Part shown: one piece after another, positions 27,981 to 37,911 of the stretch | Position numbering within the stretch: position 1 is the stretch's first letter | Layout of the letters: each line of letters begins with the position of its first letter | DNA from: Deltaproteobacteria bacterium | GTDB taxonomy: Bacteria; Desulfobacterota; GWC2-55-46 | Direction: 5' to 3' | Assembly: GCA_015075075.1 (NCBI GenBank) | Contig: JABTVA010000008.1 | Span: 50,215 to 114,214 of the forward strand | DNA: 64,000 nucleotides | Made by a program: the position numbers and the translations under genes | Notes under the pieces: model-generated | The model's database searches: none | What the model saw: the letters and a program-made list of their open reading frames with translations, nothing else | Told to the model about the DNA's origin: nothing

Positions 27981-29543
27981 GTGTTTTGCCTGACCCGAAA
28001 GACGAGTCCGCGGGGACTGGCCGTAAAGGCGCTCTTCGCATTGAGCCTCCTCCTCGTAGCGTTCGCGGGCGCAAAGGGCTTTTACGGGCCGGTAAGCGAG
28101 ATGCACGGCTTCCGGCAGGCCCAGACCGCCATATCCGCAAGCTACATCCTCAATGGCGGGCCGTGGCTTGCCTACGAGACCCCGGTCCTGGGGCCGCCCT
28201 GGCCGATACCGTTCGAGTTTCCTCTTTACCAGTGGGCGGTCGCGCTTGCCGCCAAGACCGGCCTTTTTCCGCTCGTCCAGTCCGGCAGACTGGTAAGCAT
28301 ACTTTTTTTCCTTTCGTCACTCGTCCCGCTCTACGGGATACTGCGGGTTCTCAATCTCGGCAAAAACCAGGCCCTGGCAATCCTCTCCCTCTATTGCGTA
28401 AGCCCTCAGTACCTCTTCTGGTCGCGCACCCTCATGATAGAGTCTGCCGCCCTGGCCCTCGCGCTTTATTATATATGGTCCGTTATGCTCTATTCGGAAG
28501 GGCGGGCTGCGAGCGCCGGTAAATGGGCGCTACTGGGTTTCGCGGCGGCCATAGGGGCGCTTGCCGGGATGGTCAAGGTGACCACCTTCGGGGCTTTCTG
28601 GGCCGCGGCGCTCGTTGTGCTCGGAATCCGCGTCCTTAGCGACTTAAGGAAAGGCCATGCTTTTCTCGGGAACTGGCGCCTCCTTCTATTCGGCGCCATA
28701 GTCCCGGTAATGGCAGTATACCTCTGGACCTCATACGCCGATTCCAATAAGGCGCTTAACCCATTCGGGGCGCACCTGACCTCTTCAGCGCTCAAGGCCT
28801 GGAACTTCGGGACATTGAAGCAGAGGCTCTCGGTCGGGACTTACGAGACGTTCTGCCTGAGGGACCTGACCAACATCATGGGTTCGTATCTGCTTATCGT
28901 CCCGGCGATTATTGCGGGCCTTTTTTGCGGGCTGGAAAGGCGGAAGACGGCGCTTATCCTCTCGGCCCTCTTTGCCATGCCGTTTTTCGTATTCACGAAT
29001 CTTTATTTCGTGCACGATTATTATGCTTACGCAAACGGCGTTTTCCTCCTGGCCGCAATCGGAGTTGTGTGCGCCGGCCTAACGGAGTCGGGCAGCCGCC
29101 TTAAATGGACCTCAGGCGTCCTCCTTTTCTCGCTTGTATACGCCTCTTCCGCATACCACTACGCCGCCAGGTACTGGCCTGTCCAGGGGACGGGCTACAG
29201 CTATTCTGATATGAAGGGGGATTTCGAGGCTTACACGCATGCCGACGACGTGATAATCGCATTTGGAGCCGACTGGTCGTCAGAGGCCCCGTTCTACCTC
29301 GAGAGGCGCGGCCTCATGATGGCGGATTGGATGAGAAGACGGACCCCAGGCATGGGTCTCGGGGACATATCCCGGAACCTTGCCGGATACAGGGCAGGTG
29401 CCGTCCTTTTCTGCGGAAAAGCCAGGAGCGACAAGTCTTTTCAGGAGGAGGCGCTCTCCGGGCTCGGCCTGGCCGGATACAAAAAGGTTGTGGAATATGA
29501 GCGCTGCAAGGTTTATTATATGCCGGGACCGGACAACGCGTGA
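27981..29543 (+). CDS. GT-C superfamily membrane glycosyltransferase-like protein (ArnT/PMT-like)
   Basis: 520 aa with about 12 TM helices and a large first periplasmic loop. It sits in a cluster with UDP-sugar-modifying enzymes and a DPM1-like GT2. Confidence 0.6.
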   Translation: MFCLTRKTSPRGLAVKALFALSLLLVAFAGAKGFYGPVSEMHGFRQAQTAISASYILNGGPWLAYETPVLGPPWPIPFEFPLYQWAVALAAKTGLFPLVQSGRLVSILFFLSSLVPLYGILRVLNLGKNQALAILSLYCVSPQYLFWSRTLMIESAALALALYYIWSVMLYSEGRAASAGKWALLGFAAAIGALAGMVKVTTFGAFWAAALVVLGIRVLSDLRKGHAFLGNWRLLLFGAIVPVMAVYLWTSYADSNKALNPFGAHLTSSALKAWNFGTLKQRLSVGTYETFCLRDLTNIMGSYLLIVPAIIAGLFCGLERRKTALILSALFAMPFFVFTNLYFVHDYYAYANGVFLLAAIGVVCAGLTESGSRLKWTSGVLLFSLVYASSAYHYAARYWPVQGTGYSYSDMKGDFEAYTHADDVIIAFGADWSSEAPFYLERRGLMMADWMRRRTPGMGLGDISRNLAGYRAGAVLFCGKARSDKSFQEEALSGLGLAGYKKVVEYERCKVYYMPGPDNA

Positions 29544-29589
29544 AACCGGCCGGCCTCTGCCTTTGATTACGGAATTCGAGGAGTCCTGA

Positions 29590-30789
29590 ATGGAACGAAA
29601 AGGGAGCGGACACGATATCTGCATAGTCGGCGGGCTCGGGCACGTGGGCCTGCCGCTCGGCATAGCCTTTGCCAGGGCCGGACGGAAGGTAGTCCTCTAT
29701 GACATAGACAAGAAGGCGAGCGAGCTGGTCCTCGGCGGCAAGCTCCCCTTCAAGGAGGCAGGCGGCGAGGAGGCGCTGAAGCCCGTCCTCGGCAAAACGC
29801 TCTTCATATCCAACGACAAAGGTTCGATCTCTGAGAGCCATTTCGTCATTATAGTAATCGGCACCCCGGTCGACGAGCACCTGAACCCCAAGTTCACGAT
29901 ATTCAAGAAGTTCTTTGACGATATAGCCGCGCACGTAAGGGACGGCCAGCATGTAATCCTACGGAGCACCGTTTACCCTGGCACGACGGAGCTCGTCGAG
30001 AAGCTCCTCAGGGAAGCGGGGAAGAAGGTCAGGGTCTCCTACTGCCCGGAGAGGATAGCGCAGGGGAACGCACTCGAGGAGCTTAAGACCCTGCCGCAGA
30101 TAGTCTCGTCATTCGACGAGGAGGCCCGGGCCGAGGCAGGCGGGCTCTTCGGCGACATAGCCCTGGAGATAATACGCCTTTCCCCGCCGGAAGCGGAGCT
30201 TGCGAAGCTGTTTACGAACGTCTGGAGGTACATGCAGTTCGCCATCTCCAACCAGTTCTACCAGGTGGCGACCCAGTACGGCCTCGATTTCTACAGGATA
30301 TACGACGCGATCACGCACAAGTACCCGCGCGCGAAGAGCTTCCCCTCGGCCGGGTTCGCCGCAGGGCCGTGCCTGTTCAAGGACACCATGCAGCTCGCCG
30401 CCTTCAACAACAACAATTTCTTCATGGGCCACGCGGCCATGCTCATAAACGAGGGCCTCCCGAACTTCATCGTGCAGAGGATAAAGGAGAGGCACGGCCT
30501 CAAGGACAAGACCGTCGGGGTGCTCGGCATGGCGTTCAAGGCGAATAACGACGACAAGCGCGAGTCCCTCTCCTACAAGCTCAAGAAGATCCTCGAGGTC
30601 GAGGCGAGGGAGGTCGTCTGCTCGGACGTGTACATCAAGGAGGACGGGTTCGTATCCGTCGACGAGCTCGTAAGGAGGTCAGACATTGTGATACTCGGCA
30701 CGCCCCACCGCGAGTACAAGGGGCTCGACATATCCGGCAGGATGCTCGTTGACATCTGGAACTTTTTCGGAAAGGGAGGGCTTTTCTGA
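29590..30789 (+). CDS. Nucleotide-sugar (UDP-glucose/UDP-ManNAc) 6-dehydrogenase family
   Basis: 399 aa. N-terminal NAD fold 'ICIVGGLGHVGLPLG' and the catalytic Cys region 'AGFAAGPCLFKD'. Confidence 0.8.
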   Translation: MERKGSGHDICIVGGLGHVGLPLGIAFARAGRKVVLYDIDKKASELVLGGKLPFKEAGGEEALKPVLGKTLFISNDKGSISESHFVIIVIGTPVDEHLNPKFTIFKKFFDDIAAHVRDGQHVILRSTVYPGTTELVEKLLREAGKKVRVSYCPERIAQGNALEELKTLPQIVSSFDEEARAEAGGLFGDIALEIIRLSPPEAELAKLFTNVWRYMQFAISNQFYQVATQYGLDFYRIYDAITHKYPRAKSFPSAGFAAGPCLFKDTMQLAAFNNNNFFMGHAAMLINEGLPNFIVQRIKERHGLKDKTVGVLGMAFKANNDDKRESLSYKLKKILEVEAREVVCSDVYIKEDGFVSVDELVRRSDIVILGTPHREYKGLDISGRMLVDIWNFFGKGGLF

Positions 30790-31808
30790 TGAGGATACTC
30801 GTTACCGGCGCCGCCGGTTTCATAGCGGGCTACGTGGTGGAGGAGCTCCTTAACAAGGGCCACGAGGTAGTGGGCATAGACAACTACTCCAAGTACGGCA
30901 AGGTGGAGAAGAGCTACGACAGCCACCCGAAGTACGCCTTCCGGGAGGGCGACGCAAAGGACACGGCCCTCATGAAGGAGCTAATATCCGACTGCGACCA
31001 TGTGCTGGCGGGCGCCGCCATGATAGGCGGCATTTCCTATTTCCACGAGTTCGCCTACGACCTCCTGGCCGAGAACGAGAGGATAGCGGCCTCCACGTTC
31101 GACGCCGCCATATGGGCGCACAAGCACCGGAAATTGAAGAAGATAAACGTCCTTTCCTCCTCGATGGTCTTCGAGAACTCGGATACCTTCCCCACGCCGG
31201 AAGGAGAGCAGTTGAGGTGCCCGCCGCCTCTTTCGACCTACGGCTTCCAGAAGCTCGCCTGCGAATACTTCGCAAGGGGCGCGAACGAGCAGTACGGCCT
31301 TCCTTACACCATCATAAGGCCTTTCAACTGCGTGGGCACAGGCGAGAAGAGGGCCCTTTCTGACAGGGAGATAATGTCGGGGAACGTGAGCATGGCAATG
31401 AGCCACGTCGTCCCTGACCTCGCGCAGAAGATATTGAAAGGGCAGGACCCGCTCCACATACTCGGCGATGGAAGACAGGTCCGCCATTATACGTACGGAG
31501 GCGATTTGGCGGAGGGCATAAGGCTCTGCATAGAGAGCGAAAAGGCAATAAACGACGACTTCAACCTCTCGACACCGGTCTCTACGAGCGTCATCGAGCT
31601 TGCCGAGCTTATCTGGAAGAAGATAAAGGGAGACGTCCCGTTCAGGTACACATCGGACCCGCCCTTCAGGTACGACATAAGGAAAAGGGTCCCTTCGGTG
31701 GAGAAGGCGAAAAGGGTCTTGGGCTTCGAGGCGAAGACCTCGTTATCAGAGGCCCTGGACGAGATAATACCGTGGATAGAGAAGCAGATAGCCGTGGGCG
31801 GGATATAG
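30789..31808 (+). CDS. NAD-dependent epimerase/dehydratase (extended SDR; UDP-glucuronate 4-epimerase/decarboxylase-like)
   Basis: 'GAAGFIAGYV' glycine motif and the 'YGFQK' catalytic YxxxK. The start overlaps the upstream stop (ATGA). Confidence 0.75.
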   Translation: MRILVTGAAGFIAGYVVEELLNKGHEVVGIDNYSKYGKVEKSYDSHPKYAFREGDAKDTALMKELISDCDHVLAGAAMIGGISYFHEFAYDLLAENERIAASTFDAAIWAHKHRKLKKINVLSSSMVFENSDTFPTPEGEQLRCPPPLSTYGFQKLACEYFARGANEQYGLPYTIIRPFNCVGTGEKRALSDREIMSGNVSMAMSHVVPDLAQKILKGQDPLHILGDGRQVRHYTYGGDLAEGIRLCIESEKAINDDFNLSTPVSTSVIELAELIWKKIKGDVPFRYTSDPPFRYDIRKRVPSVEKAKRVLGFEAKTSLSEALDEIIPWIEKQIAVGGI

Positions 31809-31810
31809 CG

Positions 31811-31958
31811 GGCTGCTGAAAAAGCCCAATCTGCTGTGTCGTCTTCAAAATTCGTCATTGCAGCGTACAAAAAAGTACGCCTCATTCCTCATTTTTCGAC
31901 TCCTTGCATCTTGGACTTTTTGAGCAGCCTGGATGTGATTTTTGAGTTTTTCAGCAAT
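31811..31958. mobile_element. MITE family C (intact copy)
   Basis: TIR GGCTGCTGAAAAAG...CTTTTTGAGCAGCC, plus the conserved tail GAGTTTTTCAGCAATCT. Confidence 0.75.
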
Positions 31959-31985
31959 CTTTAGATAGCCGTGGGCGGGATATAG

Positions 31986-32124
31986 GCAACCCTGAAAATT
32001 GATCTTTTCCCCGGACTCTGCGTCAGTCCGGGAATAAAAATGCTCACATATTATCCATATATGCTCCGCTTTTTATTCCCGGCCTTCCGGGAAAAGCGGG
32101 AAATCTCTAATTTTTAAGGTTGCC
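31986..32124. mobile_element. MITE family D (TIR GGCAACCYCTAAA / TTTARAGGTTGCC)
   Basis: About 140 bp. Core 'TTTTCCCCGGACTCTGCG...GGGAATAAAAATGCTCACATATT...ATATGCTCCGCTTTTTATTCCCGGCCTTCCGGGAAAAGCGGGAAA'. Four copies in the window. Confidence 0.75.
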
Positions 32125-32140
32125 TACATGGTATCCAGAG

Positions 32141-32199
32141 CCTTGCATCTTGGACTTTTTGAGCAGCCTGGATGTGGTTTTGAGTTTTTCAGCAATCTG
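32141..32199. mobile_element. Partial MITE family C (3' half)
   Basis: Matches the 3' terminal ~60 bp of C copies. Confidence 0.6.
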
Positions 32200-32218
32200 T
32201 TAGAAGGCAGGGTGTCAT

Positions 32219-32965
32219 TTGAAGAGCCGTAAGAGGCAGGGCGGGATATCCATCGTCATCCCCGTGTATAACGAGGGCGGCAACATCAGGGCGGCCCTGG
32301 CCGAGATAAAGGCCAAGGTCAGGACCCCGCACAATGTCCTCATAGTCTACGATTTCGAGGAGGACAATACCCTCCCGGTCGTAAGGGAGATGGCGGCCAG
32401 GGGCGAGGTCGCCGGGCTCGCCCTTGTAAGGAACAAGTACGGCAGGGGCGTCTTGAACGCCATAAAGACCGGTTTCGAGAGCGCGGATAGGGAGGCGGTC
32501 CTGGTCGTAATGGCCGACCTTTCCGACGACCTCGCGGTGGTCGACGGGATGTACGCGAAACTAAAGGCCGGCTACGGCGTCGTCTGCGGCTCGCGCTACA
32601 TGAAAGGCGGAAGGCAGATAGGCGGCCCCTTCCTCAAGAAGGCCCTTTCAAGGACAGCCGGGCTTACCCTTCACCTCATCGCCGGCATCCCCACCCACGA
32701 CGCCACGAACAGCTTCAAGATGTATTCGAAAGAGCTCCTTGATAACATTGAAATAGAAAGCACCGGCGGCTTCGAGCTCGGGATGGAACTGGTCATAAAG
32801 GCCCATTTCAAGGGCTACGGCGTAACCGAGGTCCCTTCCACCTGGAAAGACAGGGTGGAGGGCGAGTCCAGGTTCATGCTCATGAAATGGCTCCCGAGAT
32901 ACCTGCACTGGTACTTCTTCGCCTTCAGGAACGCGGCCTTCGGGAAGAGGCCGGGGAAGGCGTAA
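32219..32965 (+). CDS. GT2 polyprenyl-phosphate glycosyltransferase (DPM1/ArnC/GtrB-like)
   Basis: 'ISIVIPVYNEGGNI' start motif, a DxD region 'VVMADLSDD', and a C-terminal amphipathic region. The track ORF uses a TTG start; the true start is uncertain. Confidence 0.75.
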   Translation: MKSRKRQGGISIVIPVYNEGGNIRAALAEIKAKVRTPHNVLIVYDFEEDNTLPVVREMAARGEVAGLALVRNKYGRGVLNAIKTGFESADREAVLVVMADLSDDLAVVDGMYAKLKAGYGVVCGSRYMKGGRQIGGPFLKKALSRTAGLTLHLIAGIPTHDATNSFKMYSKELLDNIEIESTGGFELGMELVIKAHFKGYGVTEVPSTWKDRVEGESRFMLMKWLPRYLHWYFFAFRNAAFGKRPGKA

Positions 32966-32974
32966 CCGGGGCCG

Positions 32975-34204
32975 ATGGCAATAGGCGTCCGGGATATCGC
33001 CTGGAGGGCCCTCGTATTCGCCGCGCTCGCGGCTCCACCGGTCTATTTCTTTTCGATAATCCATAAATACGCAGCTAACGTCCCCTACGGGGACGACTAT
33101 TCCGCTATCCTCGATTTCCTTTTAAGATACCAGGACGCCGACGGCGCTCTCCAGAAGCTCGGAATGCTCTTCGCCCAGCATAACGAGCACAGGATAGCGT
33201 TCGGCAATCTCGCGACCGTCGCCATGTATAAGCTCACCGGCACGGTTGACTTCCGGTCCATGATATTCTTCGGGAACGCCGCGCTCCTGGGGCTCGTCCT
33301 GGTATTCTACCGCATGTTCCATGCGTCCGGGAGAAAGCCCCTGTACTTCATCCCCGTGGTCTTATTCCTTTTCCAGTTCCAGTTCGGGCATACGATATTC
33401 TGGGCCAGGCATCGGTCTCGAACTTCTACGTGCTCCTCTTCACTTTCTTCGCTTCTCGTGCTGGAGAGGGGGCGGCCTTTTACATGGCGGCCTTTCTCCT
33501 GGCCGCGCTCGCGTCGGTCACGCAGGAGCGGCATATTCGCCTCGTCTCGTGCGCGCTGCTCCCTGCACTGAAAAGAGACTTAGGGACTGCCGCCTGGGCG
33601 CGCTCTCAGCGTTGTGCTGGCCCTGTTTCGGTTTTACGAGAAGCCACCTGAGCACCCGAGCATGGCCGAGGCTGTTTTTGAAGAGCCGGTCAATACCATC
33701 AGATATTTCTTCACGCTCGCAGGCGCGTCTTTCCCGTTCCCGTTTTTGGCGGGCCTCGTATTCGCCGCCCTTTTCATCGTCCTTACCTTAAAGGGCCATT
33801 ACCGGAAAAACCCGGCGCTCTACTGCGGCATCGTCTATGTCTTCCTTACGGTTGCCGCGACCTCGCTCGCACGTTCTGGCCTTGGAATAGAAGGGGCGCT
33901 CTCGTCGAGGTACAAGATAGTCTCGGCCCTTTTCCCCGTCCTCCTGTACATGGCTTTTTTCGAGCACAAGACGCCCTGGAAGCGGATATTCTTCCCGGCG
34001 GTCCTTGCCGGGGCGCTCGTATTCAATATCCATGCGAATATCATGGAGACGCACAAGGCCCGGAACCTGTCTTATTTGCTGACCGAAGGCATGAAATGGT
34101 GGGCGACCGGGGCGCCGTCGCTAAAGTACCCCGACCAGGAAACGGCCAACCGGATACTCGTCGAGTCCATCAAGCGCGGCATTTACAAGCCGGGTTTCAG
34201 GTAA
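32975..34204 (+). CDS. Integral membrane protein (possible acceptor-side glycosyltransferase), with two compensating frameshifts between ~33400 and ~33600
   Basis: The N-part 32975-33400 and C-part 33614-34204 are in the same frame and hydrophobic. The stretch between reads as membrane-like sequence only in the -1 frame ('...NFYVLLFTFFASRAGEGAAFYMAAFLLAALASV...'). Confidence 0.5.
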
Positions 34205-34291
34205 AAAGCGCATTCCGTATTTTCCCTTGCTTCTTTTTTATCTGTCGAATTTCCCTAAAGCCCCCTCCTCTCATTTCCGATAAGGTACCGT

Positions 34292-35347
34292 ATGATAATA
34301 GCGGGTTCAGACATACAGATGGGCGCTGCCCGTTCCCGGGCCGAGCACAGGGAGACAAGGAACGAGCTGAAGGTCTGGCTTGGCCCCAGGCCCCCTGAAG
34401 GCGGAAGGGGAGCGGCCCGTCCGCTTCCGGCGCGCGACGTCCTCAACATCTCCGGCGAGGCCAGGGCCAGGTTCGAGTCCGTCAAGAACAAGTCCAGGTC
34501 CCTCTACAAAGGCATGGAGAGGAAGATAGATATCGAGGGTGGCGTGGACCACCAGACCTTCATAAGGAAGCTCCTCATAGAGGCGCTCACGGGCGCGAAG
34601 ATAAATATAAAGGAACTGGTCACGAAAGCGCCTGAAAAGACCGAAGCGGAAGAACCGCAAACCCGCGAGGCCGGCAGGGGCGGCGAATGGGGCATGTCCT
34701 ACGAATCAAGCACCGTCTCCGCGAGCTTCGAGGCCGTCACCATCAGCGCCTCAGGCACCATAAAGACAGCGGACGGGGCCGAGATAGGCTTCTCGCTCGA
34801 GCTTGTGATGGCCAGGGCCTCGATAACCATGACCGACACTACCGTAAGGGCCGGTAACGCGGTCGACCCGCTTGTCATAAACTACGGGGGCAAGGCCGCG
34901 GACCTTACCTCCATGCGCTTCTCGTTCGACCTCGACGCAGACGGCAACCAGGAGCTTATCCCCTTTGCCGGACACGGCTCCGGGTTCCTGGCTCTGGATA
35001 AGAACGGCGACGGGGTAATAAACGACGGCCGGGAGCTCTTCGGCCCCACGACGGGCCACGGCTTCAGGGAGCTTCTGCAATACGACTCCGACGGGAACAA
35101 CTGGATAGACGAGGCCGACCCTGTATTCAAGGACCTCCGCGTCTGGACCAAGGACGCGCCCGGTAACGACACCTTCCTAAGCCTTGCTGAACTCGGCATC
35201 GGGGCCATTTACCTGGGCTATGCCGAAGGGGACTTCGACGTCAGGGACCAGGGCGATAACCCCCTCGGACAGGTAAGGCGTACCGGCCTCTTTGTCTCTG
35301 AAGACCTGACACCCGGCACTGTCCAGCAGATAGACCTCATAATCTGA
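34292..35347 (+). CDS. Hypothetical protein with three EF-hand-like DxDxDG calcium-binding loops
   Basis: 351 aa with no signal peptide. C-terminal half carries 'DLDADGNQE', 'DKNGDGVINDGRE' and 'DSDGNNWIDEADP'. Confidence 0.5.
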   Translation: MIIAGSDIQMGAARSRAEHRETRNELKVWLGPRPPEGGRGAARPLPARDVLNISGEARARFESVKNKSRSLYKGMERKIDIEGGVDHQTFIRKLLIEALTGAKINIKELVTKAPEKTEAEEPQTREAGRGGEWGMSYESSTVSASFEAVTISASGTIKTADGAEIGFSLELVMARASITMTDTTVRAGNAVDPLVINYGGKAADLTSMRFSFDLDADGNQELIPFAGHGSGFLALDKNGDGVINDGRELFGPTTGHGFRELLQYDSDGNNWIDEADPVFKDLRVWTKDAPGNDTFLSLAELGIGAIYLGYAEGDFDVRDQGDNPLGQVRRTGLFVSEDLTPGTVQQIDLII

Positions 35348-35349
35348 CA

Positions 35350-35495
35350 GGCTGCTCAAAACGCCCTTGAATGCGTCGTCTTCAAATTGGCAACTCCGGC
35401 GTACAGGAAAGTACGACTCATTCCTCATTTTTCGACCCCTTGCATCTTGGACTTTTTGAGCAGCCTGAACGTGCCATGAGTTTTTCAGCAACCTG
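35350..35495. mobile_element. MITE family C
   Basis: TIRs GGCTGCTCAAAA...CTTTTTGAGCAGCC and the tail GAGTTTTTCAGCAACCT. Confidence 0.7.
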
Positions 35496-35621
35496 CTAAG
35501 AATTCTTCCGACACCCCTTTCCTCACGTTTTACATAGCAATTCCTGCTTCCGGCCATTCCAAAGACGCCTTCTTTTTGTTATACTCTTAATCGTCGTTTC
35601 GATTAAAGGAGAGTCCGCATA

Positions 35622-36425
35622 ATGAGAAGGAATAAGAGGTCCAGGCCAAAGGCGGAGCCCCCGGCAGTCAGCCGGAACATATCGATAGTGCTGGTAGAGC
35701 CGCAGAGCTCAGGCAACGTCGGAAGCACTGCCCGGGCCATGAGAAACACGGGTTTTTCCGACCTGGTGCTCATAAACCCGTGCGAATACAAAAATAACGA
35801 GTCCTATTCAATGGCCTGCAAGGCCGACGGCGTGCTTGAGACGGCCCGGGTCTTCCCTGACCTTGAAAGCTACATCCCCGAGCCGCGCGTCCTCGTCGGG
35901 ACGACCCGGAGGATAGGCAGGCACAGGTACCCGGTCCTGACCCTTTCCGAGGCGGTCCCGGAGATCCTCAGGCTTGCGGCTTCCAACAGGGTGGCCATAC
36001 TCTTCGGCAGGGAGGACAAGGGGCTCCTTAACGAGGAGATACCGCTTTGCGACATGCTCGTTGAGATACCCACATCCGACGATTACCCCTCCATAAACCT
36101 CTCGCACGCGGTCTTTACGGTCTGCCACCACCTCTACACCGCCGCCGCGCCCAAGGCGCCTGCCATAAAGGTAGCGCCGAGAGGCGAACTCGAGCGGATG
36201 TACGAGCACATGGAGAGGACGCTCCGGGGAATAGGCTACGGCGACAAGGGCGGGGAATATCTCCTCGAAGCAATGATGCGGAGCTTCAGGCGCCTCTTCG
36301 GCAGGACAGGCCTCATGGAAAAGGAGGTCAACATGCTCCGGGGAGTATTCACGCAGATAGAGGCCCGGACGATAAACCCTGAAGAGGACGGGGGAAACAG
36401 GCATGCAGGAGCAGGAGCTCAATAG
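35622..36425 (+). CDS. SpoU/TrmH-family RNA 2'-O-methyltransferase (TrmJ-like)
   Basis: SPOUT motifs 'VLVEPQSSGNVGSTARAM', 'ILFGREDKGL' and 'SINLSHAVFTVCHHL'. Confidence 0.75.
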   Translation: MRRNKRSRPKAEPPAVSRNISIVLVEPQSSGNVGSTARAMRNTGFSDLVLINPCEYKNNESYSMACKADGVLETARVFPDLESYIPEPRVLVGTTRRIGRHRYPVLTLSEAVPEILRLAASNRVAILFGREDKGLLNEEIPLCDMLVEIPTSDDYPSINLSHAVFTVCHHLYTAAAPKAPAIKVAPRGELERMYEHMERTLRGIGYGDKGGEYLLEAMMRSFRRLFGRTGLMEKEVNMLRGVFTQIEARTINPEEDGGNRHAGAGAQ

Positions 36426-37320
36426 AAAAATGCTCGAAAGCGCTTCCGCGGCCCTGAAGGACGCGAGGGCCGAAGCGCTCCTCCTTTTTGTCGACGCGGC
36501 GGAGGACAAGACCTTCTGGCGGAGGTCCAGGGCCAGGAAAAAGTTCATCCTCGTCACGCAGGACGCCGAGACCGCCTCGGCCCTTGAATGCTTCAGAAAA
36601 GAGGTCAAGGCCATCCTCAAGCTCCCTGTCGTAAGGCTCACCAGGGTAGGCCAGGTAAAGCTCTCCCTCATCATGGGCGTGACCGAAGGGCTTATAAAAA
36701 GCTCGGACAAGGTCGTATGCGTGGCGGGCCTCCCTGTCCACGGCGTCCTCGATACCCTCATGATAATAGACCTCGAGCGCGAGGCCGAGGTCTTCAGCGC
36801 CATGGGCATCTCAATGGACCTTCTGAAAAAGGTCAAGCCAGAGGTGCTCGAAGCGGTCTTGAACATCGCGCTCGAGCTATCGAGCGAGGGCCGCGAAGGG
36901 AGGACCGTCGGCACGACCTTCGTCATAGGCGACAACGACAAGGTCATGGAGCTATCGCGTCCGCTCATAATGAACCCCTTCAAGGGCTATCCCGAGGAGG
37001 CCCGGAACATACTCGACGAGGCGGTCCACGAGACCATAAAGGAATACTCCCTCCTTGACGGCGCGTTCGTCATAAGGGAGGACGGGGTCGTCATGGCCGC
37101 CGGCATCCACCTGGACGCTGCCCTCAAGGAAGAGGGGCTCATGCCTGGGCTCGGCTGCAGGCACATGGCAGCCGCGGGCATAACCGACGTGACCGGGGCC
37201 GCGGCCATAACCATCTCCGGCTCAACGGGCATAGTCCGAATATTCAGGAAAGGCAAGGTCCTCCTCGAGCTTGAAAAGCCGCTCGCCAAGCCCGTAAACA
37301 AATCCGTATCCGCGCCTTGA
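36403..37320 (+). CDS. Diadenylate cyclase (DAC/DisA_N) domain protein with N-terminal uncharacterised domain
   Basis: C-terminal 'DGAFVIREDGVV..AAG' and 'LGCRHMAAAGITDVTGAAAITISGSTGIVRIF'. These correspond to the DGA and (T)RHRAA motifs of c-di-AMP synthases. Confidence 0.6.
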   Translation: MQEQELNRKMLESASAALKDARAEALLLFVDAAEDKTFWRRSRARKKFILVTQDAETASALECFRKEVKAILKLPVVRLTRVGQVKLSLIMGVTEGLIKSSDKVVCVAGLPVHGVLDTLMIIDLEREAEVFSAMGISMDLLKKVKPEVLEAVLNIALELSSEGREGRTVGTTFVIGDNDKVMELSRPLIMNPFKGYPEEARNILDEAVHETIKEYSLLDGAFVIREDGVVMAAGIHLDAALKEEGLMPGLGCRHMAAAGITDVTGAAAITISGSTGIVRIFRKGKVLLELEKPLAKPVNKSVSAP

Positions 37321-37689
37321 GCCTTGCGCTTGACAAGCGGCTCCAAGCCGGGTAGGGTGGACACAGCCCACCATTTCTCTGAGGTACAGGGCGACAGAAG
37401 AATCTCGTATTCAAGCCTCGTCGAAAAAGACCTTATAACGCGCTGCCGCGCTCTTTTTGGGCATGAGGCTCCGCGCCCTTTCCGCCTCCATCCTCCGGGC
37501 TCGGCCCTTAAGTCGCTCGGCCTTCGGCCTCGCTCCTAACAGCCCCGCCTCGCCCGCCCCGCCCCCATCCCCATGTTCGCTCCGCCTCATGCCCCCGGGG
37601 TTGTTTAAAAACAAACCAGCGCCTTCCTTGAGCTTGACAAGCGGCTCATGGAAATGCAATCATCATCCTGGAAATAGAAATGACATGTC

Positions 37690-37845
37690 CTGGTCAAGGG
37701 AATCCCGTGATCCGCCTGGGTGCGGAGAATCGGGAACGGACCCGCCACTGTGAGCGGATACGAAACCCGCACGAGCCACTGGCCTTAAGGCCGGGAAGGC
37801 GCGGGGAGTAGGTTGTTAATCCGCAAGTCAGGAGACCTGCCAGGA
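37690..37845 (+). promoter_or_regulatory. Cobalamin (AdoCbl) riboswitch
   Basis: 'AAGGGAATCCCGTGATCCGCCTGGGTGCGGAGAATCGGGAACGGACCCGCCACTGTGAGCGG' matches the 5' consensus, including the GCCACTG core. The B12 box 'AAGTCAGGAGACCTGCC' lies at 37825-37841. Confidence 0.8.
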
Positions 37846-37911
37846 TATGCCTCACGGATCTTCGATGGTAAAGAAGGTGAGGGCGGTTGCACTGGTTTTT
37901 CGAGTCTCCGC

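Noticed and set aside
35808-36983. 391-aa minus-strand ORF overlapping the trmJ and DAC genes
   Set aside because: Antisense to two motif-supported genes, with no domain signatures.
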